52,191 nt of DNA from Candidatus Thorarchaeota archaeon (GTDB taxonomy: Archaea > Asgardarchaeota > Thorarchaeia > Thorarchaeales > Thorarchaeaceae): contig DXJO01000044.1 of assembly GCA_019057475.1 (NCBI GenBank), forward strand, positions 1 to 52,191, written 5' to 3'. A program made the position numbers and the translations under genes. The notes beneath the pieces are model-generated. The model saw only the letters and a list, made by a program, of their open reading frames with translations, did not search any database and was not told the DNA's origin. Below are positions 7,852-16,587 of the stretch, piece after piece (position 1 is the first letter of the stretch; each line of letters opens with the position of its first letter).

Positions 7852-9675
7852 ATGGGTAAGCGAACCAAATTCAATGATGTCACGAAGAGGCTACTGGCTG
7901 AGCGTTTGGCGCATGTCAAGAAAGGATTCTTGCCCCCGTTCTCCGATATGAGGCACTTCTTCTATGAGTGTAGAAATGTGTTGCTCCGAGAGAACCCCGA
8001 TATGTTGGGGCCTGATGGCGGTGGTAAGGAACCATATAGCAATTGGTTGGGCATGGTAGCTAGATGGTGTGACAAATACACCGAGGACTTTGGCATTTCT
8101 GAAGGGCTTTGGTGGCGTGTCAGAGAGAGATTGAACCTTTTTGCTAAGGCTAGGGCAACCTGTGAAGGGGTTGAAGAGAAGTTTCTAGTGGACAAGAAGA
8201 CCAGACACAAAATAGCTAAGGGTTGTAGTTTCATTCTAGTCTGTGAGAAAGAAACCGTGACTAACGAATTAATGGCGAAGTTGCAGAATGAAGATTATTT
8301 ACTCAATGTTGTAGCGACTGGTGGAAAGACTACATCTGATGTCCAAGAGGCTGTATTGTCTATAGCTGAAGACCTAGGTGAGGCTCAAAATTTCTATGTT
8401 CTGGTTTTGCATGACTATGACCTAGATGGTGTGGGGATATATTACAAACTGAAGGAGCGATACAAAAATGCCATTGATGTTGGGGTCGGCCCCTCTTTTA
8501 TCAAGTTCTTGAAGAAGAGAAAAAGCATAGATCTTAGATTGGTCGAGGAACAGAAGCTGAATATGATTAATAGAGATTGGGTCAAGGAACATATGTTGTC
8601 GCACGATGAATACTCATTGTCTGATTTTGAGTATCTTTATGGTGAACCATACCAAGTTATTGTTAAAGGAAAGGAGAAGACTTACCACAAAGGCCGAAGA
8701 ATCGAGATCGATGCCATTCACGTACAATATGGCATAAAGCCGTTCATTGATTACATTCTGAAGCAAATCAAAAAGCGTTGCACGGTCTGGGATCTGACGA
8801 GGATTGGAGTGAACAAAGACGGTTATGTTTTTCAACTTCACAATCCTGATTGCAGATTCGAGGAGAGAATGGATGGACATGAAGATCCCGACTACATCAC
8901 ACCCATAGAGAAGATAGAAGAATGTGAGCTGCCGTTTAACTACGCCTATGCAGTGAGGAGTGTATGGAGGTATTTGGATCGGATATTAAAGCCCCCCTTT
9001 GATAGTGCTAAAGAGAAGCTTCAAGACCTAGTTGATTCAGTGAGTTCGGTGGTTCAAGACGATGTCATACATGAGAATTATGAAGAGTTTCAATCTGTGT
9101 TGGACGAGTATAAGGAGCTGGAGAATCAATCAGAATCCATCATAAAGCAGGCAACAGATCTTGAAGGAGAAACCAAGGGCGATCTTGTGCAATTGAAGGA
9201 AGAGATTGAGAAGGATATCTCAGCCCTGAAGGATGTGGTGGATACAGACATTTCAACCCTGCGGAATGACTTCGAGAACGATTTCGACATGGATTGGATT
9301 GAATCTCATCGTGAAGAACACCAAGACATTATTGACCAGATCGAAAACTATGAAGGAGATGTCCGAAAAGGGAAAAAGGATTTGATAGGTCGAGTTGAGA
9401 AGATACAAGAGAAGATGGAAAACGGGTCAAAAAACAATCCCCGATATGATGAGTTCCATACCAAGTTAGAAGAACTAGAGCAGAAACACTCAGAAGAACA
9501 AAAACAGGTCGATGCTAAGGTTGATGAGGGGATAGAACAAATGGACTCCAAGTGGGAGGACTTCGACTCCAAAGAAGAACTGATTGAAGACTTTCAGGGG
9601 CTAGATGAGAAACGCATTCTGGAGTTGATAGTTGAGGTGCTACAAGATCGATTGAAGGAGTTGGTTGAAGAATGA
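7852..9675 (+). CDS. Spo11/topoisomerase VI subunit A-like protein fused to an acidic coiled coil
   Basis: Colinear family motifs: MRHFFY (catalytic Tyr position), RERLNLFAK, FILVCEKE (Toprim Glu), VVATGG, LHDYDLDGVGI (DxD), DVGVGPS and RIEIDAI. The C-terminal ~250 aa is E/D/K-rich and heptad-like. Confidence 0.8.
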   Translation: MGKRTKFNDVTKRLLAERLAHVKKGFLPPFSDMRHFFYECRNVLLRENPDMLGPDGGGKEPYSNWLGMVARWCDKYTEDFGISEGLWWRVRERLNLFAKARATCEGVEEKFLVDKKTRHKIAKGCSFILVCEKETVTNELMAKLQNEDYLLNVVATGGKTTSDVQEAVLSIAEDLGEAQNFYVLVLHDYDLDGVGIYYKLKERYKNAIDVGVGPSFIKFLKKRKSIDLRLVEEQKLNMINRDWVKEHMLSHDEYSLSDFEYLYGEPYQVIVKGKEKTYHKGRRIEIDAIHVQYGIKPFIDYILKQIKKRCTVWDLTRIGVNKDGYVFQLHNPDCRFEERMDGHEDPDYITPIEKIEECELPFNYAYAVRSVWRYLDRILKPPFDSAKEKLQDLVDSVSSVVQDDVIHENYEEFQSVLDEYKELENQSESIIKQATDLEGETKGDLVQLKEEIEKDISALKDVVDTDISTLRNDFENDFDMDWIESHREEHQDIIDQIENYEGDVRKGKKDLIGRVEKIQEKMENGSKNNPRYDEFHTKLEELEQKHSEEQKQVDAKVDEGIEQMDSKWEDFDSKEELIEDFQGLDEKRILELIVEVLQDRLKELVEE

Positions 9676-9854
9676 GTTACTACAGCAGCCGAAAGCTGAC
9701 TGAAGAAGAGAAGGCCGAACAGAGCAAAAGGTTTGACGCCATCATAGATTCCTTCATCGATGAGACAACATCTTCTGAAGAGGTCAAACCGAAGATCCCT
9801 GTCAAGAAGCCATCACTGAAGAAACAAAAGAGTCTGGATGATATCTTCTCATGA
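9672..9854 (+). CDS. 60-aa microprotein with C-terminal PIP box
   Basis: Ends KQKSLDDIFS (Q-x-x-L-x-x-I-F); ATGA overlap with the upstream gene; abuts the PCNA-like gene. Confidence 0.7.
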   Translation: MSYYSSRKLTEEEKAEQSKRFDAIIDSFIDETTSSEEVKPKIPVKKPSLKKQKSLDDIFS

Positions 9855-10607
9855 CTAAAAACTGCCGAGACTGCTGAGCATGTAGGTCAACATGTAGTCC
9901 TTTGAACGCTGTGATAGTATCATTGCATCCTTTCTTAGTGTCAACCAGACTTCGGTTTTGGGTCCGAATTGGTTTATGATTTTGTCGAAGAGATATTTTT
10001 CAAAAAGCATCTCTGTGTCACCCAGCATCTCACGTAGCACCTTAGTCCTGCTGGGAGTGATAACCTTTCTGAACTTTCCTACATCCTCGGCGAATACAGA
10101 CAGTTGTTTACCATCGCAGGTAAATAACAGACGGTCCACTTTCGGCAAGCCAATCAGGATGTCTGCTTTGACCAATATCTGAACCACGGGGTCTAGATCC
10201 TTCGGCAACAATCCCATAGTCATGTGAGCTACGAAGGGGAAGGGGATCTCACAGAGTTCAGCCTCAACAAACGGCTCTTCGTAGTCTTGCCATTTGCCCT
10301 GCAAATAGATCTTGTCCTTCTTGGTTCTTATCTCGACCTTCTCTTCTTTTTTGAAGCTATCCTTCATGATGTCAAGTAATGACTTTGAGAACGGGACCTG
10401 TTCCCCCTCCTTAGCCTCAAACTCCAAAAAGTATTCGGACGAGAAGACGGCATTGACAGCAAGAGCCTCAAGGGTAATGTCTTTGAAGACTACTCCTTTG
10501 GCACTGAACACGCCAACGTGAGCGTCTAGCAGCGCAGGTTTCCCGTGGCACACTAACACGTTCACCAGCAAGCGCTGAAGTCGCTCTGGTTCAACAATTG
10601 CTTTCAT
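9855..10607 (-). CDS. Divergent PCNA-like DNA sliding clamp
   Basis: 250 aa with a two-domain clamp pattern: MKAIV..L..LL, VFSAKGVVFK, FSSEYFLEFE, FEKYLFDKII...VWLTL...MIL...LTYMLS. Confidence 0.7.
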   Translation of the reverse strand: MKAIVEPERLQRLLVNVLVCHGKPALLDAHVGVFSAKGVVFKDITLEALAVNAVFSSEYFLEFEAKEGEQVPFSKSLLDIMKDSFKKEEKVEIRTKKDKIYLQGKWQDYEEPFVEAELCEIPFPFVAHMTMGLLPKDLDPVVQILVKADILIGLPKVDRLLFTCDGKQLSVFAEDVGKFRKVITPSRTKVLREMLGDTEMLFEKYLFDKIINQFGPKTEVWLTLRKDAMILSQRSKDYMLTYMLSSLGSF

Positions 10608-11392
10608 GATTTGTCCTTCTTTGTTTCTTTAGCTTCGATATCTCTAACGACTATGTGAGATTTGTTCAATATTGGGCTCTGAATTGGTCTGATGGTGACT
10701 TTCACTCCTCGATACCAGTCCTCGGGAATGGTCGTTGTTATTGTCCATTCGCCATTCTCATTCTTCACAGGATCGAGAACCTTTGACTCACTCAATCTGG
10801 GAGGACTGAAAGATTTGACGGGACTCCCGCCGAATTCCCACTCCCTCAATTCAAGAAAGGCTCTCTCGACAGAGATATCCCCCCTCCTCGCCCTCAGCCT
10901 CAGATCTTCGGAGCCATTCTCTTCAATACGTTTCACTCTTCGCAGGGTTGTGTGACTGATTCCCACTCTCTTAGCAGCTTTCACATCGGCCCGACCCTTG
11001 ACCTTCGTAAAGTCCTTTACGGAGGTCTTGTCCATCAGATCGGTTCTGATTCCCTTTCTCTTCTTGGCGATCTTGCTCTCAACTTCCAGAAACTTCAGAG
11101 CTACTAGCCCCTTGGAATAGGTATTCAGCTGCCGTCGCAGAACATTGTCCTTGATGGCATACTCAATCATCTTCGACCTGTCTTTGAACTTCTTGACAAC
11201 ATAGGGCGGCGCAATTCCCAGCTCAAGTGCTATCTTGTACCTCTGATGACCGCAGACGATTGTCCCATCCTTAGCCACAATCAAGGGATCGCGGATGCCG
11301 TTCTTCTTGATGTCCCTCCTCAGTTCCTCATAGGTCCATTCCTCTAGACCCTCGAACAGAGCAGCTATCTTCTTGTCAATCCTAAGCTTCAT
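10604..11392 (-). CDS. ParB/Srx N-terminal domain protein with HTH
   Basis: LRRDIKKNGIRDPLIV...IVCGHQRY (ParB boxes), DNVLRRQL, and HTH AAKRVGISHTTLRRVK. Confidence 0.85.
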   Translation of the reverse strand: MKLRIDKKIAALFEGLEEWTYEELRRDIKKNGIRDPLIVAKDGTIVCGHQRYKIALELGIAPPYVVKKFKDRSKMIEYAIKDNVLRRQLNTYSKGLVALKFLEVESKIAKKRKGIRTDLMDKTSVKDFTKVKGRADVKAAKRVGISHTTLRRVKRIEENGSEDLRLRARRGDISVERAFLELREWEFGGSPVKSFSPPRLSESKVLDPVKNENGEWTITTTIPEDWYRGVKVTIRPIQSPILNKSHIVVRDIEAKETKKDKS

Positions 11393-11495
11393 TCGGCATT
11401 ACTCATAGTATCGTTATTTCGGAGTAATATTAGATTGTTGATACAGGGGTTCACGGCCCAGTGAATCCGCTTAGCGCTAAATTATATGGCTCTAA

Positions 11496-11584
11496 GTATA
11501 GATAGTAACGTACTTACTAAAGTAACTAAGTGTAGGGTTATATTGCCCTTAGGTATAGATGTTGTAACGTACTTACTAAAGTAA
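11496..11584. promoter_or_regulatory. Two identical 21-bp direct repeats GTAACGTACTTACTAAAGTAA (operator/parS-like)
   Basis: Copies at 11505-11525 and 11564-11584, each preceded by GTATAGAT and containing the palindrome TTACT-AA-AGTAA. They lie between the divergent ParB-like and RHH genes. Confidence 0.75.
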
Positions 11585-11608
11585 GGCAAAAAAGGAAAGA
11601 AGAAAGTA

Positions 11609-11746
11609 GTGAACTTGAAACGATTAAATATTGTGTTCGAAGACGATGATTTTGATATCCTCCGACGGGCCAAGGGCGAAGATACTTGGGCAGAGGCCCT
11701 AGTCAAGTGGGCCAAAATTGTACTGAAGGAAGCGAAGTCCAAATGA
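11609..11746 (+). CDS. Ribbon-helix-helix (CopG/antitoxin-like) small regulator, 45 aa
   Basis: Not in the ORF track: MNLKRLNIVFEDDDFDILRRAKGEDTWAEALVKWAKIVLKEAKSK. Beta-strand plus two-helix pattern; ATGA overlap with the next ORF. Confidence 0.7.
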   Translation: MNLKRLNIVFEDDDFDILRRAKGEDTWAEALVKWAKIVLKEAKSK

Positions 11747-11961
11747 TTATGGTCGATGTAAGTGAGATTCAATACCATGAGAGTATCATCAGAATACACC
11801 TCACTGAGGAACAAGCTATCATGTTGGTAGCAGCGATCGAATTGAACATGAAGAAGGTTAAGGGAGATTGCAAAGGTATCGAACTGATGACGATTCTCAA
11901 ACTTGTTGAAAATAAGATCCGCGTGGGTCTATGGAAAGAGGGGGATGAGTCCAGTGATTGA
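11743..11961 (+). CDS. Small hypothetical protein (72 aa)
   Basis: ATG at 11743 is coupled to the RHH stop codon. Confidence 0.55.
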   Translation: MIMVDVSEIQYHESIIRIHLTEEQAIMLVAAIELNMKKVKGDCKGIELMTILKLVENKIRVGLWKEGDESSD

Positions 11962-12144
11962 AGATGAAGCTGATGGCCTCCTAGATCTTCGACGAACATC
12001 TTGGACCCTACGAAGTGGAATGACAATGAGAAGAAGAGGGGTTGGTGATGGTCCCCCCCTTTACGACTATACATTTTTCCGAATTCTTCATTTGTCCCAC
12101 ATATTCGCGGGCCCGAGTTCGTTCCCTGCAATAGGTGAACAGAA

Positions 12145-13158
12145 ATGAACAGAAAGAAACTGAGGATGGCTTTACTATTCGGGATCCTTTTGTTGGCGGT
12201 TTTTGTTATGCCGGTAGAAGCAACGACTTTTGAGTTGGCCGAGGATGGCCACTGGCATTTTGAGTTTAATGTAAATGCATATGGATATCAGTATGTTTAT
12301 GGCACTAAAGTGGAGGGTCATGGTGCATATGGAACCTTCACTGTGCATTATGACGATATCACATTCTTCATTGTTGACCAAGAGAACTTTGACAAATACA
12401 AAAACGGCCAAAGCTACAGTAGATATTGTGTGCTCTTAGATGTTGTTGATGGCGACTACAAGTTCCGTTTTCCTTATGCTGATACTTGGTATAGTGTATT
12501 CTGTAATAAGGATAGCATCTGGCCAAAAGATATTACTTTTGACTTGTATCATGACTCAACTCCACCCGATGTCACGTTGAATCTCGATACTGGCGCAACC
12601 TATAGCGGCATCAAAGAGATTAGGGCGACTGCTAGTGATGTCAGTTTTTCTGTGTGGAAGCTTAGTCTGCAATACTATCTCAACGGCTGGCGAGCAGTAA
12701 AGACAGAATACAATACTGAAAGCATCAGCTACAATTGGGACACAAAGGATTGGAGCAACGGCGACTTAAGATGGAGGGTAGTGGCTGAGGATACTGTCAA
12801 CAATGAGGCAATCAAAGAAGTTATGGTGACTGTCTATAATTATGTGGCACCGACTACAACAGAAGTAACAACTACAGATGGAATTACGACTACAGACGGA
12901 CAGGCGACTACTAATGGGCCATCCACATATACTGACCCGACTGCGCTGTTGATGTTGCTTGGGATTGTGGGCACTGTTATCATTGGTATAGTAGCTGTGT
13001 CACGTCGGAGTAAGGAAATCTCTCCAGAAATGCCTAAACCAGATTTAACCTTAAAGGAGAAAGAGATTACAACTAAAGTTTTGATTATATGTCCCTTCTG
13101 CGGGGCAAAGACAGAACAGGGGCTCACCAAGTGCCAAAACTGCGGTGCTGACCTCTAA
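12145..13158 (+). CDS. Type I membrane protein: GOLD/p24-like domain, Ig-like domain, Thr-rich stalk, TM, cytoplasmic zinc ribbon
   Basis: Signal peptide; DITFFIVD...YKFRFP...WYSVFCNKDSIWPKDITFDL; DSTPPDV...YNWDT...NG...VVAED; TM helix; CPFCG...CQNCG. Confidence 0.7.
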   Translation: MNRKKLRMALLFGILLLAVFVMPVEATTFELAEDGHWHFEFNVNAYGYQYVYGTKVEGHGAYGTFTVHYDDITFFIVDQENFDKYKNGQSYSRYCVLLDVVDGDYKFRFPYADTWYSVFCNKDSIWPKDITFDLYHDSTPPDVTLNLDTGATYSGIKEIRATASDVSFSVWKLSLQYYLNGWRAVKTEYNTESISYNWDTKDWSNGDLRWRVVAEDTVNNEAIKEVMVTVYNYVAPTTTEVTTTDGITTTDGQATTNGPSTYTDPTALLMLLGIVGTVIIGIVAVSRRSKEISPEMPKPDLTLKEKEITTKVLIICPFCGAKTEQGLTKCQNCGADL

Positions 13159-13189
13159 CACGATCCTAAAGAAATAGGAGAGAATAGAA

Positions 13190-14752
13190 ATGGAACAAAA
13201 ACATCTAAACATCTTTTTGGTGGTACTCTTGGTGGGTATCATAGGAGTCAGTAGCGTTGCTGTTGTTCAGCAGATGAGCTACCAGAGCCTAGATTCCGAA
13301 TACCAAGATCTACTCACAGACTATGAAACACTGTCCTCTGACTGGAACCAAACTTCAGATGACTTGAATGACCTACAATCAGAGTTCGAGACGATGCAAA
13401 CATCTTATCTTACGTTGATAGATGATTATGCTAGTCTTAGTGAGATACATCTGATTGTGCTGTCGAACAACACGAATCTTCAGCAGTCTCTTGATGACCT
13501 TCAGGTGCTGTATGACCAATTGCTTGAAGACTTTGCTTTGTTGAATGCGTCTTTTGTGGAGCTCGAACAGAACCATGCCGACCTTCAAGCAGACTATGCT
13601 CAGCTTCAGTCGGATTACGATGAGCTTCAGGTGAACTATAATCAGCTGTTGCTTGACTACAACGACCTCATGGCACAGTATCAGGTTCTTCAGGACTCGT
13701 ACAATGCTCTGGTGTTGGCTTATGATACTCTGGAGCTACAGTATGATGCCTTAGTACTTGACTACGATGCACTCTTGAGTGACTACAACGCGCTTGCCAA
13801 TGACTTTTCAGCATTACAGAACGACTACGATGCGCTTGAGCTAGCTTATAACACACTCTCAACTTGGATACGGCAGCAGATTCTACCTGTTCAACACATG
13901 GTATTCGCTGAGGCAGTTCGACAATATTACCTTCAGGACTACCTTGACCAGTCTTCAGACACGAAGGGTTGGTATAGACAATACACAAGGTTCTGTCGCG
14001 ACTTGGTGCTTCATGCTTCAGGTCAATGGGACCCATTTCAGACCGTTTCAGAGGCGTTTAGTGATGCCCTGCTTTATGGTTCAGACACGATGAGTCTGAC
14101 ATATTGGGCCATGTATAGCATGGCCATGTACGATGGATCTTCTTGGCAGACGTTCCCATATCGTTGGGGATGGAGCTTTAGTCCTGAGAACTGGGGCATT
14201 GATATCGTCGTTCAAGACTGTATTGACAACATCGACTATGAATATGACACCGACATCACCTATGGACAGTCGGGTGCCACATGGGACTATCCAAAACATC
14301 CTGTCGAAACGGCCTTCAGGACAATGGGGGATTGTGAGGACCAAGCAATATTGACAGCAGCATATCTTGAGAGAACTAGTTTCTACAATGCTACTGACAA
14401 CTACAGGTTTGAAACAGCAATGGCAATATTCCACGACCCTGCCCATCCTACGTTGGGGTCTTTCTATCATGCAACCCTTTTGGTCCATATTGAGGACACT
14501 GCCGACTTCTACAGTAGGTATCCATTAGGTGTTTTATGGAACCTAGGAGGAGGCATCGACCCTTACAGTGGATTTACTTGGTGCTGGTTAGACCCGACAT
14601 GGAATGTTCCCTTTGGGGCTGTTCCGTCTTGGTTGACAGCCTACAGGATTCATGGTGGGCTTGGTTATGACGTGATGTCAATAGCCATCAATGACTACAA
14701 CGGGGGCATTGCTCAGACAGGGAATGGACCCCTTGGGGCATATGTGCCCTAG
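13190..14752 (+). CDS. Membrane-anchored coiled-coil stalk with transglutaminase-like (Cys-His-Asp) domain
   Basis: N-terminal TM, ~190 aa of LxxxY heptads, then YPKHPVET...GDCEDQAIL, YHA and WLDPT. Confidence 0.8.
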   Translation: MEQKHLNIFLVVLLVGIIGVSSVAVVQQMSYQSLDSEYQDLLTDYETLSSDWNQTSDDLNDLQSEFETMQTSYLTLIDDYASLSEIHLIVLSNNTNLQQSLDDLQVLYDQLLEDFALLNASFVELEQNHADLQADYAQLQSDYDELQVNYNQLLLDYNDLMAQYQVLQDSYNALVLAYDTLELQYDALVLDYDALLSDYNALANDFSALQNDYDALELAYNTLSTWIRQQILPVQHMVFAEAVRQYYLQDYLDQSSDTKGWYRQYTRFCRDLVLHASGQWDPFQTVSEAFSDALLYGSDTMSLTYWAMYSMAMYDGSSWQTFPYRWGWSFSPENWGIDIVVQDCIDNIDYEYDTDITYGQSGATWDYPKHPVETAFRTMGDCEDQAILTAAYLERTSFYNATDNYRFETAMAIFHDPAHPTLGSFYHATLLVHIEDTADFYSRYPLGVLWNLGGGIDPYSGFTWCWLDPTWNVPFGAVPSWLTAYRIHGGLGYDVMSIAINDYNGGIAQTGNGPLGAYVP

Positions 14753-14761
14753 GGATCCTAC

Positions 14762-14789
14762 GACATGGGAGCCATCCGGCTCCTGTGTC
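14762..14789 (+). terminator. 12-bp hairpin after the transglutaminase-like gene
   Basis: GACATGGGAGCC-ATCC-GGCTCCTGTGTC; no clear U-tract. Confidence 0.4.
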
Positions 14790-14800
14790 AACTATAAGAG

Positions 14801-15223
14801 GTGAATATCATGTCAATGATAGTACCCAAAAGCGCTGTATGTCCTTACTGTGGAAATACCCTACATGAAATCCGAATACCGTTTGGTCTGACAGAGCAGA
14901 AGTGTGGATATACTAAATGTCAAGAAAAGTGGCATGAAGGGGAATTTAGAGTTCTATGCTTCACAGTCGTGAGTCGTGACAAAAGGGGGTTGGGGAGAAA
15001 CAGGGGGGTCATGTGGAACATAAGATACAAGACAAATGGGGATGAAGGGGCCATTGGATTCCACACATACAGAAGAGGCATTCTATTGAAACGCAAGGAC
15101 ATATTGCTTCTCTCATTCAAGAAGCGGTCCAAGGGATTCTTCTGGAAGAAATGGACAGGCGAATGGGATAAAAGACCAAGCAAATTGTTCAACATCAAAA
15201 TAAATACCGTGTGGAATGTCTAG
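14801..15223 (+). CDS. Basic zinc-ribbon-containing hypothetical protein
   Basis: CPYCG...CGYTKC; SD-like GAGGTGA upstream of the ATG near 14810. Confidence 0.6.
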   Translation: MNIMSMIVPKSAVCPYCGNTLHEIRIPFGLTEQKCGYTKCQEKWHEGEFRVLCFTVVSRDKRGLGRNRGVMWNIRYKTNGDEGAIGFHTYRRGILLKRKDILLLSFKKRSKGFFWKKWTGEWDKRPSKLFNIKINTVWNV

Positions 15224-15232
15224 TGCTGTTAG

Positions 15233-15505
15233 GTGAATGAAATGGCTGAAATTGGAACGCCTACGAAATCCACACCACCGGATATGAACAAGAGAGAACG
15301 CAGGTCCACAGCCTGCGCCCTATGTGTCTGGATCGTCATACTTGCCTACTGTTGGGTATTTTCCACAACGGAAGTTCCATTAGAGAACATGAGTATCGGC
15401 GAATTGACCACTCGATTGATAATGTTGCTCATGTCGTTGTTTGTAATTTTCTTAGCAATCTACAAGATAGGGAGGGCGCTATTGAAACTCTACAAGCACA
15501 GGTGA
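15233..15505 (+). CDS. Small two-TM membrane protein
   Basis: Two hydrophobic helices and a basic C-terminus. Confidence 0.6.
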   Translation: MNEMAEIGTPTKSTPPDMNKRERRSTACALCVWIVILAYCWVFSTTEVPLENMSIGELTTRLIMLLMSLFVIFLAIYKIGRALLKLYKHR

Positions 15506-15573
15506 TTGAGAATGATAGAAGAGAGAAAATCTCGTGCAAAATCTCTGGTCAATGTTGATCAAATTGTCTTCAA

Positions 15574-16587
15574 TTAGGTCATCCTTTCTTTTCTTGTTTT
15601 CGTTGCCTTTTTCTTGGCCTTCTTTGGCTTTTTCTTGAATTTGGAAATCTCTTGCGAAACAGATTCTACATATTGCTTACGATCAAAAATCAGGTTGCCC
15701 TCGACAGCTGGACGTCTAAAGTTTAGGTCTGCAAGAGCACCGACCTTTACTTTCTCCGGGATTATTGAAGTGACTTTCCTTTCAGGTTTGATTCCACCAA
15801 TAACAAAAGGATGGTCCACATTCACATAGTCAGTAAAGAATTCACCTGATACAAGTCTGCGTACCAATTCATAGACATCAGATGGAGAAGCGCCGCTTGC
15901 GAGTTCAGTTTTCCTATAACGACGCTTAAGACCTTCGATATTGCGCTCTCCTCTCTTTATAGCCATCAGGAGTTTTTGTTGAATTTGAAGGCCCTTTTTC
16001 ACTTCATCAGGTATTGCAGAACCAAAGAAGCGTTCAACTCCAATTCTAACGTTTACATTGACACTGTCAATGTTAAGTTCACTCCAAGCACGCTCTAAAA
16101 TACTGACATCCTTTAGTGCTGAATGAATCCAATATATGTCGCTTCCTTCCTTCCGCTTTGGATTGATTGCAGCTTTTACCGCGACTAGTCTGTTCAGGAA
16201 ATCCTGACCAACGTGACCTTGGACAGTAACCATGAACCTCTCACTTTTTGGAAATTCTCCTAAATTACAAACCCATTTCATACCTTCTTGATCGAAGTCT
16301 ACTTTTACTAACCCTCCAGTATCAAGATCGATAACGTCGTATATCTTGAATCCATACATCACGGGCACTTCGACCTTTCCATGTGTTTTCCTGAGGATTC
16401 CTGAAGAAACTTCAAGCAGGTATTTCATTTCACTACTTAGAGTCAAGTAATTGATTCTAAAACTCTTGATTTCAGGTTTATAGGGTTTGAAATGCTTTGT
16501 AATGGCTTCAATTTTTTCTGCAATCGTTATTCCTGTTTTCATACCTGTCAATGCTTTGGTTAGTTGGTCCAATGGATTTCCACTCAA
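15574..16587 (-). CDS. Hypothetical protein with Lys-rich tail
   Basis: 337-aa ORF coupled to the upstream gene; no family recognised. Confidence 0.7.
   Translation of the reverse strand: MSGNPLDQLTKALTGMKTGITIAEKIEAITKHFKPYKPEIKSFRINYLTLSSEMKYLLEVSSGILRKTHGKVEVPVMYGFKIYDVIDLDTGGLVKVDFDQEGMKWVCNLGEFPKSERFMVTVQGHVGQDFLNRLVAVKAAINPKRKEGSDIYWIHSALKDVSILERAWSELNIDSVNVNVRIGVERFFGSAIPDEVKKGLQIQQKLLMAIKRGERNIEGLKRRYRKTELASGASPSDVYELVRRLVSGEFFTDYVNVDHPFVIGGIKPERKVTSIIPEKVKVGALADLNFRRPAVEGNLIFDRKQYVESVSQEISKFKKKPKKAKKKATKTRKERMT

Noticed and set aside
7852-9675. Wadjet (JetABCD) system or complete Topo VI
   Set aside because: No SMC ATPase, kleisin or GHKL subunit is recognisable nearby.
11903-12148. 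ORF between the RHH operon and the GOLD-like gene
   Set aside because: No recognisable features and atypical composition; left uncalled.
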